A DNA stretch of 64,000 bases from Candidatus Borrarchaeum weybense (GTDB lineage Archaea; Asgardarchaeota; Sifarchaeia; Borrarchaeales; Borrarchaeaceae), in the NCBI GenBank assembly GCA_019057385.1, contig JAHQJS010000007.1, positions 352,001 through 416,000 on the forward strand, given 5' to 3'. The notes under the pieces were generated by a model that saw only the letters and a program-made list of their open reading frames with translations, had not been told where the DNA came from and did not search any database. Both the position numbers and the translations under genes were made by a program. Within the stretch, counting starts at the first letter, position 1. Each line of letters opens with the position of its first letter. This document shows positions 1-9,913 of this stretch, in pieces.

Positions 1-47
1 AAATTCCTGCTGTAATCCTTCCTTCGAAAGAACCTAAATAAATCCAT
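1..47 (-). CDS. 5' fragment of a gene running off the window start (MDLFRFFRRKDYSRN...)
   Basis: ATG at 47 preceded by GGAGAG, 15 nt after the stop of 63..722; open to the window edge; amphipathic N-terminus; product not determinable. Confidence 0.45.
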   Translation of the reverse strand, partial: MDLFRFFRRKDYSRN

Positions 48-62
48 GAAATAATACTCTCC

Positions 63-722
63 TTAAAGTTTTTTAATTAATCCGTCATTTACATAACGTT
101 CGCAAATTGATTGTAGTTGTGGAATGTCAATTCGTTCTCCAAGCATTTCTTCAAAGGTAGCTATCCGTTGTCTTAGATGACGCAATGAAAGTGTTCCAGC
201 ATCACAAAGTACTCGGAGAATTGTTTTGTCTAATATGAAAGAGGTTTTTTCCCTTTCTTTAACTTCATCATAAGTATAAAGGGCTTGATAGTGAGGTTCT
301 CCACTCTGGAGCACTATTTTACGTGCCCTTGCATTCCATTCTTGTAATAGTTCATGTCCTATTTGCTGGTAATTTTCATTTAAACTTCTAGAAGTTACAA
401 GTCCACTAGAATGTTTTTCTAGGCAAACAATCGCAAATTTCTCACTCATTTCGTTGAGGCATGACTCTGCAATTTCATGAGGGACACTCATAGTGGTAAC
501 AAGCACGAATGTGCGACTTTTATTTGTATCGCGGAGAAGATAGAGTTGTTTTTCACGAAATTCAAGTCGTGATAATATATTGCCTTGCCAATAAGTCGAA
601 CTGACTTCATCTATTGCCGACATGATTCCAGCGGCCATAGTATCATTCCACATAGCATCAGGAGATCTTGCTTGACAAAGGGGCACTCCAGTCTCATCTA
701 GGACTAAAAAAACGTCAATCAG
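63..722 (-). CDS. longin-like domain protein with C-terminal winged-helix-like segment
   Basis: ORF track 63..686 extends in frame upstream to CTG at 722, behind a GGAGG Shine-Dalgarno, giving IDVFLVLDETGVPL...AAGIMSAI, a typical longin first strand and helix. Confidence 0.55.
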   Translation of the reverse strand: MIDVFLVLDETGVPLCQARSPDAMWNDTMAAGIMSAIDEVSSTYWQGNILSRLEFREKQLYLLRDTNKSRTFVLVTTMSVPHEIAESCLNEMSEKFAIVCLEKHSSGLVTSRSLNENYQQIGHELLQEWNARARKIVLQSGEPHYQALYTYDEVKEREKTSFILDKTILRVLCDAGTLSLRHLRQRIATFEEMLGERIDIPQLQSICERYVNDGLIKKL

Positions 723-1076
723 ATCTATAACCTCCTCTAGTTACCGCACCCAAAGGTAAGATAAAAATCTTCTGGTAAATTGCTTCTCATTTCAAACCTA
801 ATTTGTGCTAAGATAACTCTAGGAAAACGTTTTAAGGTAGTAAGGCATTTTCCTCTTCATTCGTTACTTAGTTAAGACAATACTAATATTCCAGGTATTT
901 TCAATATCTAAGATACAATAGACAATTGAGTTTTTTATTCTACAAATTTATGTCGGAGTAAGTGAATTATTGAAAGAACAAAAACCAAAAATCATTGATA
1001 TTAATCGCAAAATTTTTTGAATAGTCTACTTAAATACCATGAAGTTAAAGTAATACAAAATTTCAGTTTTTCCAAT

Positions 1077-1796
1077 TCATATATCAGAAAAATCTCGAAG
1101 TGTCAATAAGACTTCTAGTGAACGAAACATATCTTCAGAAACGCCAAATCTTAATAAATCTCTCCATATTCTAACCATTTTGAAACCCAATTTTTTTGAT
1201 GATTCGAAAGCATCATGTTCATCATTTTCCCTAAACTGCCACCTAATTTGATTAAAAAGTGTTTGATAGGCTTTTTTAAGTTCTCTGGTTTTAATTTTTT
1301 GTGCGTCTTTCGTTTCTAAATCACAAATAATCTTATCGCTCGTTTTATCAGAGATTAATTTAAAATTGTTATATATATTAGTTTGTGGTTTTAACTTATT
1401 TAGAATTTCTTCTAAAATTGAGCTAACTTGTTTCATTGTTGCCAGTTTTATACTTTTAAAATAGAAAATATACTCATTAATTAGCCACTCATAGAACATT
1501 TTAATGTCTTGCTTGAGTTCTATTTCATCTTTTAAGTCTGGTAAAGCACTTGATTTTAGATTTTCTAATGAGAGATCAGTATGAAATAATTTTGAACCCT
1601 CTGTTCCCCTGTGTGCAAGATCTGCGTCGAAATAACTAAGTACAGCATGAATTTCTTCATTTTCTTTGCATTTGTGAAGAAATATACCAGAATACAGTCC
1701 TCCTCCCCTGGGATGTAATTGTTCTTTCTTAATAGGATGTTTGATTGTAGTTTTACATATTTCACAATACTCTGAAAAAATCTTTTGTTTAGACAT
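1077..1796 (-). CDS. hypothetical protein with N-terminal CxxC...GGL...H...H...D...RG domain
   Basis: 239-aa ORF, translationally coupled (TAATG) to the upstream GTPase; N-terminus resembles 17177..17629. Confidence 0.7.
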   Translation of the reverse strand: MSKQKIFSEYCEICKTTIKHPIKKEQLHPRGGGLYSGIFLHKCKENEEIHAVLSYFDADLAHRGTEGSKLFHTDLSLENLKSSALPDLKDEIELKQDIKMFYEWLINEYIFYFKSIKLATMKQVSSILEEILNKLKPQTNIYNNFKLISDKTSDKIICDLETKDAQKIKTRELKKAYQTLFNQIRWQFRENDEHDAFESSKKLGFKMVRIWRDLLRFGVSEDMFRSLEVLLTLRDFSDI

Positions 1797-2344
1797 TATC
1801 CTGTCACCCTGCTATAAATCGCATTCAATAGTTGAGTAAATACGTTTTCAACGTTTTCTCCAGTTTTAGAACTTGTTTTAATAAGCGAGTTAGCCGATAG
1901 ATCGTATATTTTTATGAATTCCAAAAGCTGTTCATCATTTATTGCTTCGGCACCCATTTCCTTAACAAGATCTAGTTTTGATCCCATAAACATAAGATCT
2001 GTATTGTCAATTTTCTCTCTGATAATATCATACCATTCATGGAGATTAAATAAACTAGAGATTCGTGTAAGATCAAAAGCAAATATTATCCCTTGTGCCC
2101 CCTCACAATAACTGGGTAAAATAAATCGAAATCTTTTTTCACCCCCGAAGTCCCACACTTGAAGTGTAACCATAATATTTTCACGTATTTTTTTTTCAAA
2201 AAGATAAAAAGATGTACCGATAGTCTTCTTTGTGTCTTCAACAAACTTTTTGGTAGCGTATCTATTTATAAATGTCGTCTTTCCAACGCCTCCTTCTCCT
2301 ACGACAAGTATTTTGAATATATAGGTTTTTTTTTCGCTCTCCAA
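1796..2344 (-). CDS. Rab/Ras-like small GTPase
   Basis: G1 GEGGVGKT, G2 TIG, G3 WDFGGE, G4 SKLD, G5 SSK; TTG start after GAGGT. Confidence 0.92.
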   Translation of the reverse strand: MESEKKTYIFKILVVGEGGVGKTTFINRYATKKFVEDTKKTIGTSFYLFEKKIRENIMVTLQVWDFGGEKRFRFILPSYCEGAQGIIFAFDLTRISSLFNLHEWYDIIREKIDNTDLMFMGSKLDLVKEMGAEAINDEQLLEFIKIYDLSANSLIKTSSKTGENVENVFTQLLNAIYSRVTG

Positions 2345-2577
2345 AGATTTCTACCTCTACAGTTACAGTTGGCTACTCCTTCTTTAATTTTGATTATCAT
2401 AAGATCTTTGACGACACCGTCATATATATTTTTTATGCTGTTATTGCAGCACTCGACGTCAAAACAAATCTTAAAATTCTTCAATACCAATCAAGTTTAC
2501 AAACGTAGCCACAATTAATTTAAGTCTGTTAGCTAGAATAAATTGATAAACTTTTAGATCATATGGACGGATTTTTT

Positions 2578-3669
2578 ATGAGTATTCCTAAAGAAGAATT
2601 CAGTGAAAGGGTTGCGAAAGCGAAGAAAATGATAGAAAAAAGCGATTTAGGATATCTAATTGTTTCTTCTGTACCGGATATGACCTATCTCTCTAATTAT
2701 ACTCTATACACTGGGGCTGCGAGTGTCCTTATTCCAAAGGAAAACGAACCTGTGCTTTTGATAGATCAAGATTGGGACCTCTTAAGAGCTAAAGAAATCT
2801 CAGGTATTTCAGACACACAAGCTACTTCAGACCTAAAGGTTGGTGTTCCAGAGATTCTTAAAAATACCTATGTTGACGGTAAAATCGGGATTGTTGGCTG
2901 GAGCAATTTCCCTACTCCTCTCTACTTAGCCATCAAAAATAAATTTCCAAATGTAGAATTTATAGACGCAACAGATATTATAAGAACCTTAAGGATGATA
3001 AAAAGTCCTGCTGAGATATCATGCTTAAAAAATGCAGCAAGAATAACAGATGCTGGTGCAAAAACAGTCACCGAAGCTTTAGAGATAGGTAAAACAGAAC
3101 TTGAAATAGTGCTCCAAGCAGAAGCCACTATGAAATTAGCAGGTGCTCGTGAACTGTCATTTCCGACAGTTCTTGGATCAGGAGATAGAACAGAGTTAAT
3201 TGTTCCTCAGCCAACGGAAAAGAAGATAGAAATGAATGACCTCATTCTAATGGATCTTGGAGGTAGATATAATGGATATTGCGCAGATATTTCAAGAACA
3301 AAGATCGTTGGAACCCCAACTCAAGAACAGAAGGATCTCTTTGAAGTCGTGCTACAAATGCATAAAGAGGCTATTGAGACAGTGAAACCCGGGGTTAAGG
3401 CCTTTGAGGTGCACGAAGTTGGAAAACAGGTTGCACAAGAAGCCGGCTATGGAGAATATGTTGTGCATCTAATAGGACATGGTTTGGGGCTAGAAGAACA
3501 CGAACCCCCCATACTTGAAACGGAAGAAACTGAACTAGTTCCAGGAATAGTTCATTCGATCGAGCCAGGCCTTTATATACCAGGGGTCGGTGGGATAAGG
3601 GTTGAGGATACGGTTTTAGTGACTGAAACTGGTTGCAAATTATTAACTTCATTTGACAGAGATCTTTGA
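2578..3669 (+). CDS. Xaa-Pro aminopeptidase / prolidase (M24B)
   Basis: Creatinase-N domain followed by DLG..YCADISRT, GHGLGLEEHE, IEPGLY, GIRVED metal-binding motifs; start moved to ATG 2578. Confidence 0.93.
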   Translation: MSIPKEEFSERVAKAKKMIEKSDLGYLIVSSVPDMTYLSNYTLYTGAASVLIPKENEPVLLIDQDWDLLRAKEISGISDTQATSDLKVGVPEILKNTYVDGKIGIVGWSNFPTPLYLAIKNKFPNVEFIDATDIIRTLRMIKSPAEISCLKNAARITDAGAKTVTEALEIGKTELEIVLQAEATMKLAGARELSFPTVLGSGDRTELIVPQPTEKKIEMNDLILMDLGGRYNGYCADISRTKIVGTPTQEQKDLFEVVLQMHKEAIETVKPGVKAFEVHEVGKQVAQEAGYGEYVVHLIGHGLGLEEHEPPILETEETELVPGIVHSIEPGLYIPGVGGIRVEDTVLVTETGCKLLTSFDRDL

Positions 3670-3750
3670 ATTTCAGATGACACTCCCAATAATTAAAAAG
3701 GTATAGATGTACATGTAAAACCCAGTCTATCCAATTCGAGAGGTGAGTAA

Positions 3751-4050
3751 ATGTCTGAACATCCTTTAAAGATTATTGAAACGCTCGATCCAGAACTTCA
3801 CAAACTTGTACAAAATACTGCTGAATTTGCTCTTGAGGATGGTGCATTACCTCAGAAGTTTAAATTTCTTCTTGCGATGGCTCTAGATGCAGCTCATGGT
3901 GCAGTTCGAGGGGTAAAATTTTTAGCTCGAGCAGCAATGCAATCAGGTGCGACAAAAGAAGAGGTTATGGAAACATTACGTGTCACTCATTATGTTAGTG
4001 GTGCAGGGAGTATCTACACGGCAGCACAAGCACTAGGAGAGTTATTTTAA
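3751..4050 (+). CDS. carboxymuconolactone decarboxylase (AhpD-like) family protein
   Basis: GALPQKFKFLLAMALDA...GATKEEVME pattern; GAGGTGA SD. Confidence 0.85.
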   Translation: MSEHPLKIIETLDPELHKLVQNTAEFALEDGALPQKFKFLLAMALDAAHGAVRGVKFLARAAMQSGATKEEVMETLRVTHYVSGAGSIYTAAQALGELF

Positions 4051-4109
4051 CCAAAAAATTTACCGAGCGCTTGTTTTCACCCTTTTTGAAAGCAATAAAG
4101 GTGAATGGT

Positions 4110-4148
4110 TTGCATGTTGATACTCACATTCATGCTGACGGGATGAGT
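4110..4148 (+). pseudogene. orphan 5' end of a TatD-family gene (MHVDTHIHADGMS) interrupted by an IS200/IS605-type end
   Basis: AGGTGA SD, TTG start, DTHIH metal motif; matches the N-terminus of 4432..5202 in amino acids but differs at most third codon positions. Confidence 0.75.
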
Positions 4149-4431
4149 AAACTACCTCATGCTTAAGCATTAAGGCTTATAGCTATACTTAGGATCAATC
4201 CTCTTCCTAACAGAAGAGTTTCAACGTCATCATACGCTAAATAATGGGGGCGTTTACAAGACCCCAGCCCAGTAATCCTCATATAGAGTCGGGCTATACA
4301 TGTTTACTCATCACCATCATTAAGGTCATAAACCGTTTCCACTTCTATGAGAGGTGTGCCTTGAGACCACTTTCTTATACCCACGAAGACTTATTTAAAA
4401 TAGGAGAGACCTTCCTAAAAGTGAAAACATC
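4147..4431 (-). mobile_element. non-autonomous IS200/IS605 derivative with TnpB-type right end and structured RNA; left boundary uncertain (4431 or 4471)
   Basis: Minus strand ends AAGCCTTAATGCTTAAGCATGAGGTAGTTTAC, similar to the ends at 15035 and 61647; internal hairpins (CTCTTC..GAAGAG, GCCC..GGGC); no transposase ORF. Confidence 0.72.
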
Positions 4432-5202
4432 ATGAATCTTATTGACACCCACATACACGTAGACGGAATGAGTGAAGATGAACTGAGAGAAATGGTTTCT
4501 AATGGTATAACACGCGCAATCACTTGTGCTTATTTTCCCATTGAACCAAATTACACTCAAACCCTAATTGATTTGTTCACAAGGCTTATCGACTACGATG
4601 TGCCTAAAACCCGGGAGTGGGGCTTAGATCTATACGCTGCGATAGGAATTCATCCTCGTTCCATTCCAAAAGCCGGCTTTGACCAGATAATTGAGGTTAT
4701 GAAAACCTTATATAAACATGAATTTGTAGTTGCCTTTGGTGAAACAGGTCTACAATTAGGTTCAAACAAAGAAATTGATGCTTTAAAATCACAACTCGAA
4801 CTAGCAAAAGATTGTGACTTTCCTATAATAGTCCACACTCCAAGTGCCAACAAACTCAAAGTTACAGAAAAAACTTTACCTATAATTGATAAAATTCGAA
4901 TCAATCCCGAATTAGTAGTATTAGATCATGTTAATGACGAAACAATGTCTAAAGTGGATAAATCTGGTTATAACGTAGGACTTACAGTACAATCTGGTAA
5001 ATTACTACCAGAAACGGCCGCTGAGTTGATTATTCAATATGCTGATAGTAATATTATCGTGCTAAATAGCGACAATGGATTTCGTAAGTGTAATATCACG
5101 AGTGTTGCACAGACGATTGAAAGTCTAAAATCTCATGGAGTTGAAAAAAAACTTCTAGAAAGAATATCTCATAAGAATGCTGAAAAAATCTTCAAATTTT
5201 AA
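4432..5202 (+). CDS. TatD family hydrolase
   Basis: IDTHIH, GIHPR, FGETGL, IIVHTP, LDH, LNSD motifs. Confidence 0.92.
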   Translation: MNLIDTHIHVDGMSEDELREMVSNGITRAITCAYFPIEPNYTQTLIDLFTRLIDYDVPKTREWGLDLYAAIGIHPRSIPKAGFDQIIEVMKTLYKHEFVVAFGETGLQLGSNKEIDALKSQLELAKDCDFPIIVHTPSANKLKVTEKTLPIIDKIRINPELVVLDHVNDETMSKVDKSGYNVGLTVQSGKLLPETAAELIIQYADSNIIVLNSDNGFRKCNITSVAQTIESLKSHGVEKKLLERISHKNAEKIFKF

Positions 5203-5219
5203 AAACTAGAAGTGCACCG

Positions 5220-5678
5220 TTAGGTTTTCTTTTTTGCGGCTTCTAATCTCCTTTTCACAAGTTCATTGTTAGGATCGATTTCCACTGCCTTCTTTAAACA
5301 TTCAATTTCTTGAGCATGATTTCCTATTTCCCCGTAAGCAACTGCCATATTATACCATGCCCTTTCATGTTGAGGGTTGAGTTCTATTGCTTTTTCACAA
5401 TTTTCGACTACCTTTCTATGATCTCTAAGTGCACCGTAAGCTAATGCCATAGCGTACCATGCCTCTTCTAACTTAGGTGTGATATCTATAACTTTTTGAA
5501 AGCACTCAATAGCTTTATTATGCTCACCAAACATTCCGTAAGCAACACCCATATTGTACCAGACCTTATAGTGTTTTGGATCAATCTTTAACGCTTTTTC
5601 GTATTCACTTATTGCTTTTTGGTATTGATTTTGTTCAAAATACTCATATCCTCTTTTGAAGTAATCGTCTACTGACAT
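5220..5678 (-). CDS. TPR protein (about 4 repeats)
   Basis: 34-aa periodicity W..MG.AY...G....AI.C..KA.E..P. Confidence 0.92.
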   Translation of the reverse strand: MSVDDYFKRGYEYFEQNQYQKAISEYEKALKIDPKHYKVWYNMGVAYGMFGEHNKAIECFQKVIDITPKLEEAWYAMALAYGALRDHRKVVENCEKAIELNPQHERAWYNMAVAYGEIGNHAQEIECLKKAVEIDPNNELVKRRLEAAKKKT

Positions 5679-5691
5679 GGACCTCTCTTCC

Positions 5692-6456
5692 TCAGTGTAC
5701 TCGCCATTTTTTTCGATTAAAAAGTTTTTTGAACCTTCCCTTTTTTTCAGTTCTTGGTTCCATTACTTCTTCTATAACTTCTGAATTACTAGTATTAAGT
5801 TGTTCCATTTCATTCTGATTACTTGAAATTTCTTCAGTTTCAACTTCTAAGTTATCACTTTCGTTAATTAATCCTTTAGGGTTGGATGGGGAGTTCTCCA
5901 CCATTTTAGTGAAACTATCTAACATTAAGGATTCGTGCAGTTTCATTTTATCTGAAACATGCAAAATTCTACCTGATTTTTCTGTAGCATCAGCTTGCAA
6001 CGACATGGAACAACAGGTCTGAAACGAAGGTTTCCCATATTCTGAAATAAATAACCATGCTTCTTGATATGGACTTTTGTCATTTCGTAATTCTAATTGG
6101 CGATCAAACTGAATTCCACCACTCTTTACTCCTTCATGCAGTTCAACGACAATTTCACGAGGATATTCTGATAGAAAATCAACAAATTCTATGAATTCTC
6201 CAACACTCACACGTTTTTCAAGCCGGACTTCTCTAGCGACTTTCAAAGCAAAATCAACTGCTTGCTTCAATTGTTCGATCCCATGTTTTTGATAATACTT
6301 ATAAGCAGTAGCATACGCCTCAATAAAACCTCTTTTCTGAAGAAACTCTTCTACGTGCAATTCGCCAAGCCTGATTTGATTTTGAAGTAACCTAACATGG
6401 GTTTTCCCAAGTCCAGCTATCACGTCTACAGCGTTGCGAAACTCAATTATACTCAT
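5692..6456 (-). CDS. hypothetical protein with acidic low-complexity tail and basic C-terminus
   Basis: 254-aa ORF, co-oriented 13 bp upstream of the TPR gene. Confidence 0.7.
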   Translation of the reverse strand: MSIIEFRNAVDVIAGLGKTHVRLLQNQIRLGELHVEEFLQKRGFIEAYATAYKYYQKHGIEQLKQAVDFALKVAREVRLEKRVSVGEFIEFVDFLSEYPREIVVELHEGVKSGGIQFDRQLELRNDKSPYQEAWLFISEYGKPSFQTCCSMSLQADATEKSGRILHVSDKMKLHESLMLDSFTKMVENSPSNPKGLINESDNLEVETEEISSNQNEMEQLNTSNSEVIEEVMEPRTEKKGRFKKLFNRKKWRVH

Positions 6457-7182
6457 ATCTAGATCACTTGATTCTTCTTAAGAAAGGCACTACTTCGTTG
6501 TATTTTAATATTTTTAGAACAATTATCACTTGCTAGAATCAAACAAAATCAGAATTTTAGGATGAGAAGTTTTTTAACAAGGTCTTGGAGAAAAAAATAC
6601 TTGTATATCCTTTTTTTTGATTAAGGAAATAAAAAATAAAAACATGGTGACATTATCTGCGTTCTTTAGTAGACTAGACTTAACAACATCCAGCACATTT
6701 GGATACAGCTGACATTCTTCTTTTTGCTTTTTTCAAAATAATCACCTTTGAAGTAACAAGGATTTTTTTTTAAAAAGAATTTCGATTAAGGTAAAGCAAG
6801 CCAATGACTCTTGAAAACTAAATGAAGATATCATTTAAAATTCAATTTTCAAAAGTGTTGGCAGGAGTTTTTTAAGAATTTAAAAAGCTAAGAAAACTAA
6901 TCTTAAATAAAACTATCATTTAAAGAAATCATTTTTCATTTCTACCGCTAAGACTATTCAAATTATTGTCATAATCTATAATATAGCATTACCAAATAGG
7001 TTAGTTTTATATACTTATCGATCCATATCAATATATAGATATAAAAAAGGTATAGTTTGTGGGAACGTCATTTCCTGAAAATTACATACTGATGATCTGA
7101 TTTTCGTGAAGTATTTCGTGTCTATTAGCTCATATGCTCATCGTTAAACCTATACAGAAAACTAATATTAGGGGAATAAAAA

Positions 7183-8145
7183 ATGAGTGATATAGAGATT
7201 GAAAGAAGAACTAAAACTAATGAAGACATCAGCTTCTGTAGGGAAATTCGCTGTAATGAATGTGGCTCACTTAATGTTGTTTGTGATGATACTCGGGGAG
7301 AGATCATTTGTAATGACTGTGGATTGGTTATTGAAGAACATATGGTTGATACAGGGCCAGAATGGCGTAGCTACACGGCGGAAGAACGAAAAAAGAGAGA
7401 CCGTGTAGGCAGCCCCATGAATTATTCTATACATGATAAAGGCTTGTCCACAATTATTGGTCCAGAAAATAGAGATAGTTATGGAAACAATCTGGCACCT
7501 CGTCGACGAGCAGAAATCTATAGATTGAGAAAGTGGCAACGACGTACTAGAACGCACAGTTCAAGGGACCGAAACCTCATACAAGCTCTTAGTGAATTAG
7601 ATCGCCTAGCAAGTCAAATGGGCATTCCAAAATCCATTAAAGAAGAAGCAGCCATTATTTATCGAAAAGCATTAGAAAAAAAGATGAGTAGAAGCACTTC
7701 AATAGAATCCTTGGTTGCTGCTTCGCTTTATGCAGCCTGTAGAATTAGACAAATCCCCCGTACTCTTGATGAAATTGCAGAAAAGTCACATATTAGTAAA
7801 AAACAACTGGGACAAGCGTTTCGATTACTTGCAAGAAGAGTTAACATGTCTATTCCGTTAAGTACACCAATAGACTTTATCCCAAGATTTGCTAATGACC
7901 TAGGTCTCTCAGTAAGTGTATCTAGCAGAGCTAAAAAACTTCTGAAAAAAGCAAAAGAGGCAGGTATTACCGCAGGCAAAGATCCAACTGGAATGGCCGC
8001 TGCCGCGCTCTATATTGCTGGAATATTAGAAGATGAAAGAAGAACACAGCGAGAAATTGCGCGGGTAGCACGAGTCACCGAAGTTACAGTTCGAAATCGA
8101 TATAAAGAGCTAGTAAAGTATCTCCAGATTGCAGTTGCAACATAA
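7183..8145 (+). CDS. tfb: transcription initiation factor IIB (TFB)
   Basis: CxxC..CxxC Zn ribbon, GPEWR B-reader, two cyclin folds, VTEVTVRNRYKEL. Confidence 0.97.
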   Translation: MSDIEIERRTKTNEDISFCREIRCNECGSLNVVCDDTRGEIICNDCGLVIEEHMVDTGPEWRSYTAEERKKRDRVGSPMNYSIHDKGLSTIIGPENRDSYGNNLAPRRRAEIYRLRKWQRRTRTHSSRDRNLIQALSELDRLASQMGIPKSIKEEAAIIYRKALEKKMSRSTSIESLVAASLYAACRIRQIPRTLDEIAEKSHISKKQLGQAFRLLARRVNMSIPLSTPIDFIPRFANDLGLSVSVSSRAKKLLKKAKEAGITAGKDPTGMAAAALYIAGILEDERRTQREIARVARVTEVTVRNRYKELVKYLQIAVAT

Positions 8146-8483
8146 AACTCCTACAGAAGCTTTACTCTTTTTTTAACTGAATTTTTTCTTATACTGAACT
8201 GATTTCACTTTTTAAAATTCTCTTTCAACATTTAAGTTGAAAAAAATTGACTTTTTTTGCGTTAAATTATACCAACGATATGTTTATGCTTAAGAACTAA
8301 CAGAAAGTTATGAATTTGTTAACTCTTTTTTGATTGATAAATATCATCACTTGTTTTACTTTTTGCTTAATGCTGTTAATTGACTTAGAAATTAAACTAA
8401 TAATAGAAATACTTTTACTTTCACCGATCTCTCTATATTTAAAATACAAGATTTTACAAGTATATGTGAGATAGGTGATTATT

Positions 8484-9419
8484 ATGGTTGAACTGGAAGA
8501 ACTACCAGGTGTAGGCCCAGCAACAGCTGTAAAATTGAAAGAAGCAGGATACGCGTCTCTTGAAACATTAGCCGTAGCTTCACCCAAAGAACTATCAACT
8601 GCTGTCGATATTGGTGAAACTACTGCTCAAAAAATAATTCAAGCGGCACGTGAGCAATTAGAAATAGGATATTCCACAGCTCTAGAATTCTATGATACAC
8701 GTAAGGCTGTTGGGCGTATAACCACAGGTAGTCAACAATTAGATGCAGTACTAGGTGGTGGTGTAGAAACCAATGCCATTACTGAATTTTATGGGCCTTT
8801 CCGATCAGGTAAGACGCAACTTTGCCACGAATTATGTATAAAGGTACAACTTCCTCCAGAAAATGGAGGATTAAGTGGTGCAGCCTTATATGTTGATACT
8901 GAAGGTACTTTTCGTCCTGAACGTATTGTTCAAATGATGGAAAAGGAAGATCTTGAAATTGATTCAACCTTACAGAATGTAGTCTATGCAAGAGCCTACA
9001 ATAGTGATCATCAGATTTTACTTGTTGAGGAATCAGCAGCTATAATTAAGGAAAAGAATATTAAATTATTTATTGTGGATGCACTGACTAGTTATTTCAG
9101 GAGCGAATATACTGGTCGTGGAACACTTGCAGAGCGACAACAGAAACTTAATAAACACTTACACCAACTGCTCCGTCTTGCAGAAGTGAATAACTTAGCA
9201 GTTGTGGTCACCAATCAAGTGATGTCTAGACCAGATATGTTCTTTGGCGATCCCACAGCTCCCGTTGGTGGGCATATCGTAGCCCATGCATGTACTACAC
9301 GTATTTATTTGCGTAAATCCAAAGGAGATCGACGGATTGCACGAGTAATCGATAGCCCATGCCTTCCCGAAGCTGAGGCTGTATTTACAATCCAAGAAGG
9401 CGGTATTGGAGACCCATAG
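8484..9419 (+). CDS. radA: DNA repair/recombination protein RadA
   Basis: LPGVGP HhH, Walker [31 protein letters not shown]; ATG 8484 follows GGTGA. Confidence 0.97.
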   Translation: MVELEELPGVGPATAVKLKEAGYASLETLAVASPKELSTAVDIGETTAQKIIQAAREQLEIGYSTALEFYDTRKAVGRITTGSQQLDAVLGGGVETNAITEFYGPFRSGKTQLCHELCIKVQLPPENGGLSGAALYVDTEGTFRPERIVQMMEKEDLEIDSTLQNVVYARAYNSDHQILLVEESAAIIKEKNIKLFIVDALTSYFRSEYTGRGTLAERQQKLNKHLHQLLRLAEVNNLAVVVTNQVMSRPDMFFGDPTAPVGGHIVAHACTTRIYLRKSKGDRRIARVIDSPCLPEAEAVFTIQEGGIGDP

Positions 9420-9420
9420 A

Positions 9421-9438
9421 ACTTTTTTTCTTTTTCTT
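9421..9438 (+). terminator. oligo-T tract, probable archaeal terminator
   Basis: ACTTTTTTTCTTTTTCTT immediately after the radA stop. Confidence 0.5.
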
Positions 9439-9913
9439 ATGGCGTAGAAAGTTGTTAAATCATCTCATTCATTAGAAGTCTAGATTAGTGCCCAAAATTA
9501 AAGGCAAAATGGAAAATAGAAATGATTTCGAGTAAAATATGTGCTCTTTAACAACTTTAAAATGTTTAGATTTACCTTTATCCCAAATTGTCCATTTAGA
9601 AAAGCATCATAAAGATTTTTGTGGACATCGACTATATGAAAGAACTTTTCTAGAAATCAATCAATAAGACAAATAATTTTTTTATTTTCACCGCTAAAAT
9701 TTTACATTTTTTCCTTATAGTATCAATTTAAATACTTTATCTCCTTATATAGTAAAAAACTAATGATATTTATAGGATCTTTGGGAAAGTGCGAGAAAAT
9801 TATGAGACCTTTTTTTAGAGAGGCATTATGCGCACTAGAATAGTTGCGTCTACCCTTTAACTAATTTAGTTCTTTGATAAGTTAAAGTAGAGGCAGTTGC
9901 TAATAATGGAGGA

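Noticed and set aside
4244-4435. 63-aa ORF
   Set aside because: Lies within the structured IS-derived insert and has no protein motif
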